Shown: piece after piece, positions 56,826-64,000 of the stretch
Numbering within the stretch: the stretch's first letter is position 1
Layout: each line of letters opens with the position of its first letter
Assembly: GCA_029553545.1 (NCBI GenBank)
Contig: JAKPKU010000141.1
Coordinates: 2,418 to 66,417 of the forward strand
Direction of reading: 5' to 3'
From: Candidatus Cloacimonadota bacterium
GTDB lineage: Bacteria > Cloacimonadota > Cloacimonadia > Cloacimonadales > WRIO01
DNA length: 64,000 nt
Notes under the pieces: generated by a model
The model's database searches: none
The model's input: only the letters and a program-made list of their open reading frames with translations
Told to the model about the DNA's origin: nothing
Program-made: the position numbers and the translations under genes

Positions 56826-58595
56826 ATGATGAAAAACGACACAATTCGCAGTATAATTAAATATTCTTCATTGCTGATTCTTTTTCTATTTGCTTTTTCT
56901 TTATTGTCTGCTCAGTATGACGAAAAGGCAATTATGCTCAACCAAGCTCAGTCTTTTGAGAACCTTAATCAATTAGCAAGGGCACAACAGATCTACCAAG
57001 ATCTGTTAAGAAAATACCCCAATGATCAGATTATTGTACAAAGGCTATATCAAAGCCATTTTCGCTTATCTGAATTTGATAAAGCAGACAATCTAATTGA
57101 AAGTAAAAAAGCTGTCGTGTCAAAAGTGTTTTATACTCAAAGCAAGATAACACTTTTATGTAAGAATAATAGAATAGAAGAGGCAGAAGCTCTTGCCGAT
57201 TCTTATATTAAAGATAATCCTAATCTGGTTAATAATTACCAGTTTGTAGCAATTGTCTTTGAACAGAATCAACTGCATGAGCTCGCATTGAAATATTATT
57301 TAAGTGCCAGAAAAATATCAAATAATGGGAAGCTCTATGCTTATGAAATAGCGAATGATTATTTCCAACTGATGGATTATAAATCTGCGATCAAGGAATA
57401 TGTTGTAAATTTGGAGCAAAATAAGCCTTTTTTATATATTACAAACTCAAGATTTAAAGAAATAATTGAAAAAGACTCAACACTAATATCTTTAATAGAG
57501 AAATACTGCGCCTCAAGTAATATAGAAGAAGTAAGAGAGTTATTAGCTTTGAGTTTGGTAGAGTTAGCACGATATGATGATGCTATAAATGTGTATAACT
57601 CTTTGAGTATAGACAAGTTTATCAAGTTTGCTGATGATTTGTATGCAAAAGCGTTTTATCAAGTGGCATTGCAAGCTTATGAGATGATTACTGAGAAACT
57701 AAATAATAATCCTGTGCAACTTGCCGAGATTCAGTATAAAATCGCCCTTGTTTATTATAATAAAAAAGATTATGATCATGCAAAAAGCTATGTAAATCAG
57801 ATCATTCAAACAAAAGAATTATCAAACAATCAGCTAAAGTTTAGAACAAAAGTACATTTTGAGGCAAGATTATTGTATGCTAATATGCTAATAATAGAAA
57901 ATGTGAAAAAAGAAAAAGTACTCGAAGCCTATGATGAAGCTGAGAAGTTTATCTTTAATACCAACGATAAAAAGAATATATCCTTTCAAAAAGTCCACTA
58001 TTTGACTATGAAAGAGTATTATAAAGAATCAGAAAATTTATTAAATCAAACAGTTCAAAATGAAGAGTATGGCTCGCCAATCATCTCAAAAAGCCTATAC
58101 TATAGGTATGAATTACATTTGATGCAAAATGATGATAAGGCAGACTCATTAATGACAGAGTTTATTATCAATTCGCCTGGCGATAGCGCTACCAATGATA
58201 TGCTGTTTTTGTCAGTATTTGTAAATAGCTTAGCAAAGGATAAAAAGCAAAGCTTTTTAAAAGCTTATAGATTAAAGCAAATATACCAAGATGCCCAGGC
58301 AATTGAGGAGCTAAGAGTTTTAACAAGTGATTATCAAAATGACGAGTTAAAGCTTTTACTTGCAGAGTGGTTATTGGATGATTTTCAAATAAGTGAGGCA
58401 AAGACAATATATGCAGGAGGCTTTACAAATGAAGTATATACTGATTTTGCAAAGCTTGAATTAGTACGTTTAGAGGAAGAACAGGGAGTGAGAAGAAGTC
58501 ATATTACTGATTATTTGATAAGTAATCCAAATGGTGCTTTTTCTCCACTTTTTAGGCAGCTGCTTATCAAGGGTTATACAAATAAAGGAGTGTAA
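56826..58595 (+). CDS. TPR-repeat protein, secreted
   Basis: Signal peptide and multiple TPR-like helical pairs throughout. Confidence 0.6.
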   Translation: MMKNDTIRSIIKYSSLLILFLFAFSLLSAQYDEKAIMLNQAQSFENLNQLARAQQIYQDLLRKYPNDQIIVQRLYQSHFRLSEFDKADNLIESKKAVVSKVFYTQSKITLLCKNNRIEEAEALADSYIKDNPNLVNNYQFVAIVFEQNQLHELALKYYLSARKISNNGKLYAYEIANDYFQLMDYKSAIKEYVVNLEQNKPFLYITNSRFKEIIEKDSTLISLIEKYCASSNIEEVRELLALSLVELARYDDAINVYNSLSIDKFIKFADDLYAKAFYQVALQAYEMITEKLNNNPVQLAEIQYKIALVYYNKKDYDHAKSYVNQIIQTKELSNNQLKFRTKVHFEARLLYANMLIIENVKKEKVLEAYDEAEKFIFNTNDKKNISFQKVHYLTMKEYYKESENLLNQTVQNEEYGSPIISKSLYYRYELHLMQNDDKADSLMTEFIINSPGDSATNDMLFLSVFVNSLAKDKKQSFLKAYRLKQIYQDAQAIEELRVLTSDYQNDELKLLLAEWLLDDFQISEAKTIYAGGFTNEVYTDFAKLELVRLEEEQGVRRSHITDYLISNPNGAFSPLFRQLLIKGYTNKGV

Positions 58596-58598
58596 AAT

Positions 58599-59603
58599 AT
58601 GAGAATCAAGCTTTTAACTTTGCTACTCATTAGCTTATTGATTCTTTCGTGTAAACTTAGTGATTTTATAGGCGATGATATTTATCCTGATGATATTGAT
58701 TGTTTTGAATTTGTGCATAATGCACCTGTGTATAGCAATGCCCTTTCTTCACATCTAACTTACCCTTATTTATTTGTTGCAGACGGCAATGCACGTTTGA
58801 CAGTTTTTGATATTATGGTGCCGTGGAGCTTTAATTCGATATCAACAGTTGATTTACAATCTCAAGTTTACAGTCATATTTATGAGATGGATCGTGATTC
58901 AAGAAATGTATTATACGCTGCAATGGGTACTTCAGGCTTATATTCTTTCAATACCTCTTTCCCATACACTGTTGAAATCCAGAGTTTTAAAAGAGACGTC
59001 TATGCAAAAAGTGTTAGCATTGATGAAGGTAATTATTTTGGTGATTTATTGGCAGTTTGTGGCGATAACTTTTGGAAGGTTTATGAAATAATTGGCAGTG
59101 GTCAAATCTTTGAGTTAAGTGGCGTGAGCTCTGTTAATGACCGACAATACAAAAAAGTTCACTTGAAGTATCCATTTTTGTACTTAGCTTCTACCAGTGC
59201 ACTTGATATTTATGATATATCAAACCCCTCGAACCCACATTTAGCCAGCACAGAAATACTCTATGATTTTAAACAATTTCAGTTTATTGGTGATAGACTC
59301 ATTGTTATGACAAATGGTAACTTGTATTTTTATAATATTTCTAATCCTTATTCAATTGGACGGATTGCAACATATGCATTTAATCTGATCCCCTCTACTT
59401 TTTATTTTCAAGATGGCACTCTTTTGGTTGCCTATAACAATAAAAAACTCTCCTGCTATACGATATCATCGCAGTATAATATAAACCATGTTTCAAGTAC
59501 AGAACTGAATTACTTTATAAACGATATTAAGTACTATAATGAATACTACTATTTATCATGTGGTAACTACGGCATTGCAAACATGAAGATTAATATGTTT
59601 TAA
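58599..59603 (+). CDS. Lipoprotein with LVIVD-type beta-propeller repeats
   Basis: Lipobox LLILSC, with recurring Y(L/A)(F/Y)(V/A)A.G..GL..(F/Y)DIS.P repeats. Confidence 0.45.
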   Translation: MRIKLLTLLLISLLILSCKLSDFIGDDIYPDDIDCFEFVHNAPVYSNALSSHLTYPYLFVADGNARLTVFDIMVPWSFNSISTVDLQSQVYSHIYEMDRDSRNVLYAAMGTSGLYSFNTSFPYTVEIQSFKRDVYAKSVSIDEGNYFGDLLAVCGDNFWKVYEIIGSGQIFELSGVSSVNDRQYKKVHLKYPFLYLASTSALDIYDISNPSNPHLASTEILYDFKQFQFIGDRLIVMTNGNLYFYNISNPYSIGRIATYAFNLIPSTFYFQDGTLLVAYNNKKLSCYTISSQYNINHVSSTELNYFINDIKYYNEYYYLSCGNYGIANMKINMF

Positions 59604-59611
59604 ATAAGAAA

Positions 59612-61726
59612 ATGCTTGATAACTCTTTTACAAATCTATTTCCATTAACTAATCCTGTTTTAATCTTCTCAATAATACTTTTTGTAATTCTAATAACTCC
59701 TTATATTTTCAAAAAAATAAAAGTACCTCATATAGTAGGTTTGATTGTTGCAGGAGCAATAATTGGACCTCATGGACTCAATTTACTCTTAAGAGATTCC
59801 AGTATAGAGTTATTTGGAACAGTAGGGCTTCTTTATATTATGTTTACAGCTGGGCTTGAAATTGATCTTGCTGATTTTAAGAGAAGCAGTCATAAGAGTA
59901 TGATTTTTGGCACATATACTTTCGCTATACCTATGCTCTTAGGCTTTTTTGTGTTTTTATATGTTTTTAAATACCCGCCTATTTCAGTGATTTTAATAGC
60001 CAGCTTATTTGCTTCACACACTTTAGTAGCTTACCCAATTATCACAAAGTATGGCGTCTCAAAAGATAAAGCAGTGACAATAGCAATTGGCGGGACTTTG
60101 ATCACTGATATATTGGCGCTTCTGGTTCTATCGATAGTAGTAGGAATGTCCAAGTCTGGTATTAGTATAAATTTTTGGACGCAATTAGTAATCAATATGA
60201 TTGTTATGGGCGTAGTAATAACGCTTTTTATTCCCTATATTTCGAGAAAGTATCTAAAAAATGTTAATGACAATGTGTCACAGTATATTTTTGTATTAGC
60301 GATAGTCTTTCTATCTGCTTTTTTTGCGGAGATAACAGGCTTTGAAGCTATTATAGGTGCCTTTTTAGCAGGACTTGCTGTCAATCAATTAATACCACGT
60401 AAATCACCTTTAATGAATAGAATCGAGTTTATCGGAAGCGCTCTTTTTATTCCTTTCTTCTTGATTGGTGTAGGTATGTTAATTGACTTTAAGGCAATAT
60501 TTACTGATTGGCTAACAATTACAATAGCTATTACAATGATATTGATAGCATCAGTTTCTAAGTATTTAGCTGCACTGTTTACACAAAAGACTTTTAAGTT
60601 GTCTGCAGATCAGAGGCGTGTAATCTTCGGGTTGAGCAATGCAAGAGCTGCTGCAACTTTGGCTGCTGTTTTAAAAGGCTATGACATTATCATAGGCATT
60701 ACAGAGGCTGGCGAGCCAATAAGGTTATTGAATGAGAGAATACTTGATGGTGCAATTTTAATGATACTTTTTACTTGTATTATTGCTTCTATTTCAGCAC
60801 AAAAAGGGGCTTATAATATTTCTCTGCAAAATAAAGAAAAAGAAGACGATGATTCAGCACAGAATAGCTCAAGAATCTTAATTCCTATTAGCTTAGAAGA
60901 GAACGTTGAAGAATTGTTAAACGTAGGTTTATCCATAAAAGATAATTCACCACATAGTAGATTATATGCATTGAGAATACTGATGACATATGAGCAAGAT
61001 ACAGCACTTGAGTCACAAGCAAAGGCATTGCTAAACAAAGCTTCTATGTTTGTTGCAGGTGCAGGGCAAGAAGTTAAAGAGCTATTACGTTATGATTTTA
61101 ATGTTGCAAATGGTATTTATAATGTAGTATTAGAACAGAAGATAAGCGATTTGGTAATAGGACTGCATCATAAGAAAGGCTTAACAGATACTTTTTTAGG
61201 TAATATTACAGAGGGTGTTTTATCAAAATGTAATACAAATATTTTCATCTATCATCCGAGTCAGCCGTTTAATACTATCAAAAGGCTGGTATGTGTATTC
61301 CCAGAGAATGCCGAAAAAGAGCTTGGTTTTACATCTGTAATAGATAGACTCTTGAACTTATCAACCAACAATGGCATTAAGCTTGTTGTATTTGCTGATG
61401 ATCTTACGCAAAGAAGAATTAATGAACTTAAAAAAGACAATAGCATTGAAATAGAGGCTATTCCTTTCTCAAATTGGGAAGATTTTTTGATTGTCTCTTC
61501 CAAAGTTCAAGAAAATGACGGCTTATTTATCTTTATGAGCCGAATGGGCAATATTTCTTATGATATTGAAATGCCAAGAATATCGAAATATTTGAATAAA
61601 TACTTTATGAAAAATAGCTTTGTTTTAGTATATCCATCGCAGTATGGGGTTGAGAATAAACCTATCACAAAGAATTATCAACAGTTTGCATTAAAAAAAA
61701 TGTTTGACAAAAAAGAAAAGACTTAA
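59612..61726 (+). CDS. CPA2-type cation:proton antiporter with C-terminal USP-like regulatory domains
   Basis: Na+/H+ exchanger TM core (about 12 TMs; GLEIDL and GAFLAG motifs) plus a ~300-aa cytoplasmic alpha/beta tail. Confidence 0.75.
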   Translation: MLDNSFTNLFPLTNPVLIFSIILFVILITPYIFKKIKVPHIVGLIVAGAIIGPHGLNLLLRDSSIELFGTVGLLYIMFTAGLEIDLADFKRSSHKSMIFGTYTFAIPMLLGFFVFLYVFKYPPISVILIASLFASHTLVAYPIITKYGVSKDKAVTIAIGGTLITDILALLVLSIVVGMSKSGISINFWTQLVINMIVMGVVITLFIPYISRKYLKNVNDNVSQYIFVLAIVFLSAFFAEITGFEAIIGAFLAGLAVNQLIPRKSPLMNRIEFIGSALFIPFFLIGVGMLIDFKAIFTDWLTITIAITMILIASVSKYLAALFTQKTFKLSADQRRVIFGLSNARAAATLAAVLKGYDIIIGITEAGEPIRLLNERILDGAILMILFTCIIASISAQKGAYNISLQNKEKEDDDSAQNSSRILIPISLEENVEELLNVGLSIKDNSPHSRLYALRILMTYEQDTALESQAKALLNKASMFVAGAGQEVKELLRYDFNVANGIYNVVLEQKISDLVIGLHHKKGLTDTFLGNITEGVLSKCNTNIFIYHPSQPFNTIKRLVCVFPENAEKELGFTSVIDRLLNLSTNNGIKLVVFADDLTQRRINELKKDNSIEIEAIPFSNWEDFLIVSSKVQENDGLFIFMSRMGNISYDIEMPRISKYLNKYFMKNSFVLVYPSQYGVENKPITKNYQQFALKKMFDKKEKT

Positions 61727-61751
61727 AGACTTATTAAAAAAGGAAGTTCTT

Positions 61752-62576
61752 ATGGAAAGAAATGGACACCAAAAAGTAGGAGTGTATGTAGACGTCTCGA
61801 ATATAGCACAAAATGGCGGGTTTGGCATGCACTATGATGTATTAAGAGAGTTTGCTTGCCGCAATCATGGCGTTGCAATGAGATTGAACGCATATGTCGC
61901 ATATGATGAAAAAAAGGCAGAAGAAGACTATGATTACAAGGTCAAATCATCTAATTTTCACTCAATTCTACGTGACTTTGGATTTAAAGTAATTGTTAAA
62001 AAAGTAAAATGGTACTATGACGAAGCAAACAATAAATATGGCAAGTCAAACGCTGATTTAGATATGGCTGTAGATGCATTACTCCAATCAGATAGGCTTG
62101 ACTATGTATTGCTTGCAACTGGTGATGGCGACTTTGTGCAAGTTGTCAAAGCACTTCAAAACAAAGGCTGCCGCGTTGAGGCATTAGGCTTTAAAAACGT
62201 CTCTGGCTCTTTAAAAAAAGAGGCTGACGTATATACATCTGGTTATCTTGTTCCAGATTTATTAACAACAGAAAGTGAGTCATCCAAGCCTTGGGGATTA
62301 GAGGGCAGTCGAGTTCGTGGTATTTGTTATAATTGGTTTATTGAAAAAGGCTATGGTTTTATGAGATATTTAAGTAGTATTAATGGCGGTTTATGGGTTA
62401 CAGATACACGAAAAGCTGACTCACCTTATGAAACAGCTTTTGTTCATGAATCTCAAATGTCAGAAGTTATCGACATCCATAATTTGCCAAATAGAGAGAC
62501 TATCTTTGAGTTTACAGTGACTAAAAGGGGTGAAAAAGGCTATCAAGCAACAGATTTACGGTTAGTCAATCTCTAA
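61752..62576 (+). CDS. NYN (LabA-like) nuclease domain fused to a C-terminal cold-shock-like domain
   Basis: I prefer the ATG at 61752, preceded by AAGGAAG. NYN motifs VGVYVDVSN, D..M..D and LATGDGDF. The C-terminal G.CYNWFIEKGYGFM...AFVH... resembles a CSD with an insertion. Confidence 0.7.
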   Translation: MERNGHQKVGVYVDVSNIAQNGGFGMHYDVLREFACRNHGVAMRLNAYVAYDEKKAEEDYDYKVKSSNFHSILRDFGFKVIVKKVKWYYDEANNKYGKSNADLDMAVDALLQSDRLDYVLLATGDGDFVQVVKALQNKGCRVEALGFKNVSGSLKKEADVYTSGYLVPDLLTTESESSKPWGLEGSRVRGICYNWFIEKGYGFMRYLSSINGGLWVTDTRKADSPYETAFVHESQMSEVIDIHNLPNRETIFEFTVTKRGEKGYQATDLRLVNL

Positions 62577-62662
62577 AAAAGAAAAATTATAATGGCAAGT
62601 AAATCTGCTGAGCACTAATATATTAGGCTTTTTATAAAAAAAACAAATATATTAAAATCATG

Positions 62663-62691
62663 CTTGACAAAAAATATATACTTTAATAATT
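62663..62691 (+). promoter_or_regulatory. Sigma70-like promoter of tRNA-Leu
   Basis: TTGACA, 17 nt, TAATTT, the same -10 as the Ser/Gln array promoter. Confidence 0.55.
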
Positions 62692-62701
62692 TGCTTAAAG
62701 T

Positions 62702-62787
62702 GCGAAAGTGGCGGAATTGGCAGACGCGCTGGACTTAGGATCCAGTGGCCATAGGCCTTAGGGGTTCAAGTCCCCTCTTTCGTACCA
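62702..62787 (+). tRNA. tRNA-Leu (anticodon UAG)
   Basis: Acceptor GCGAAAG/CTTTCGT (G1-U72 wobble), anticodon arm CTGGA-CTTAGGA-TCCAG, long variable arm, T-loop GGTTCAAGTCC, encoded CCA. Confidence 0.88.
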
Positions 62788-62828
62788 TTTTAATATACAG
62801 TGAAAAGAAAACTGCAAAAGAGGAAAAC

Positions 62829-64000
62829 ATGAAAACAGAGATTAAAAAAGTAAATTCAAATACTTGCGAATTAATAGCAACAGTAGAGCTTGAAGTTGCA
62901 AACAAGAATTATCAAAAAGTGTTTAATAAAGTTAAAAATAGACTTGAAATACCAGGCTTTAGAAAAGGTAAAGTACCCAATTCTTATATCGAGACTCATT
63001 ATTCACAATATATCAAAGAAGAATATTTTGATAGTTTTGCTGAACAATATTATAAAGAGGCAATTAAGGATTCTGAGGCTCAACCTATTACTGCTGCTGA
63101 ATTTAAAGAAGCTCGTTGGGACACAGGTCAAGATGCTATTTTTACATTTCAATTCCATGTTTTTCCAGATGATTTTGAACCTATTTATAAAGATATCGAA
63201 GTACCTTATAAAGAACCAGTTTATGACTTTGATAAGCAAATAGATAACTCAATTAATCAGCTCTTAGAGTCAAATGCTGAGAAAATACCTTTTGATGAGA
63301 ACTCAACAGTAATTGAGGGTGATGAAATAACTTTAGAATTTCTTGAATTAGATCAAGCACCAGAAGAATTTCAAGAAAATAATAAAGTTGTCATTACAGC
63401 AAAGAATTCAGAAAACTTAGCTGACATCACTAATCAGGTTATAGGCAAAAAGATCAATGATAATATCGAGGGAGAGTTTGAGATAGATGAAATTGCTACA
63501 ATGTATAAGTTTAAAGTAGTTGATGCTTTTAGAAAAAAACTACCCGAGCTCAATGATGATTTTGCTAAAGCTAACGATTATGAATCTGTCGAAGATATGA
63601 AAGCAAAAATGATGGAGATTTTCAAGCAAGAAAGCGATAGAGTTGTTGAAAATGAGCTCAATAGATCTATTGTTGATGCAGTTGCAAAGCTCAACCCTCT
63701 TGAAATACCAGATGCTTATTTTATCAATAATGGACGTTATATGCTTGAAAGAAGCTATCAAGCAAGAGTCGATGATATTGACGAAGACACACTTTTAAAA
63801 TTTGGTAAGATGTTTTCAGAGAACCAAACCATTTTTGACTTGGTAGTAGAAAAAATTAAAAAGGTAAAAGAACTCCAAATTACTGATGAAGATAAAGATG
63901 ATTATATCAAAGATTTAATAAAAGATCAAAATCAAACTTTAGAAGAATACAAAGAAAACTTTAAAACTTTTATAGATAGTGATAACTTTGTTGATCAAGT
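62829..64000 (+). CDS. tig: Trigger factor, 3' end cut by window edge (not in ORF track because it is open-ended)
   Basis: My own translation from the ATG at 62829 reads MKTEIKKVNSNTCELIATVELEVANKNYQKVFNKVKNRLEIPGFRKGKVP... and later ...LPELNDDFAK. The frame stays open as far as I translated it (to about 63570), the open-ended frame is absent from the ORF track, and the track ORFs at 62890 and 63003 are off-frame. Confidence 0.88.
   Translation, partial: MKTEIKKVNSNTCELIATVELEVANKNYQKVFNKVKNRLEIPGFRKGKVPNSYIETHYSQYIKEEYFDSFAEQYYKEAIKDSEAQPITAAEFKEARWDTGQDAIFTFQFHVFPDDFEPIYKDIEVPYKEPVYDFDKQIDNSINQLLESNAEKIPFDENSTVIEGDEITLEFLELDQAPEEFQENNKVVITAKNSENLADITNQVIGKKINDNIEGEFEIDEIATMYKFKVVDAFRKKLPELNDDFAKANDYESVEDMKAKMMEIFKQESDRVVENELNRSIVDAVAKLNPLEIPDAYFINNGRYMLERSYQARVDDIDEDTLLKFGKMFSENQTIFDLVVEKIKKVKELQITDEDKDDYIKDLIKDQNQTLEEYKENFKTFIDSDNFVDQ

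Noticed and set aside
62890-63243. Track ORFs 62890-63243 (+) and 63003-63239 (-).
   Set aside because: Both lie inside the open-ended trigger factor gene (frame starting at 62829, with IPGFRKGKVP and LPELNDDFAK motifs). Both are low-complexity K/I/L-rich translations.

Overview
This is an AT-rich bacterial chromosomal window. The organism looks diderm and FCB/Cloacimonadota-like, judging by BamA, ExbB/ExbD/TonB and three peptidases with T9SS-type C-terminal sorting domains; the taxonomy cannot be verified from here. Gene content is mostly housekeeping: tsaD, glmS, deoC, thyX, folP, cdaA, coaE, bamA, murJ, uvrC, tig, PPIases and a PpiD-like chaperone. There is also a heavy load of secreted or outer-membrane peptidases (M14, M1, C11, M16C, and an MA-peptidase/TolB-like/Omp85 fusion), three ABC exporter genes, an SBP-less sugar-type ABC permease pair in an operon with a GT2 and an ankyrin protein, and five tRNAs (Ser-Ser-Gln-Gln array plus Leu). 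I found no transposase, integrase, CRISPR array, rRNA or recognisable defence gene. The most unusual signal is non-coding. A roughly 275-nt element occurs in four long intergenic gaps as three full copies and one inverted, truncated copy. It ends in a highly conserved ~85-nt core that folds into a long hairpin with compensatory base-pair changes between copies and an internal duplicated arm that allows alternative pairing. Two further loci carry only its 5' module. I do not recognise it as a known RNA family or IS end. Secondary oddities are an AsnB paralog lacking the catalytic N-terminal Cys, a tandem-fused ThyX, a Cys-rich extension on DeoC, an NYN-cold-shock-domain fusion, and an orphan importer-type ABC ATPase wedged between T9SS peptidases.
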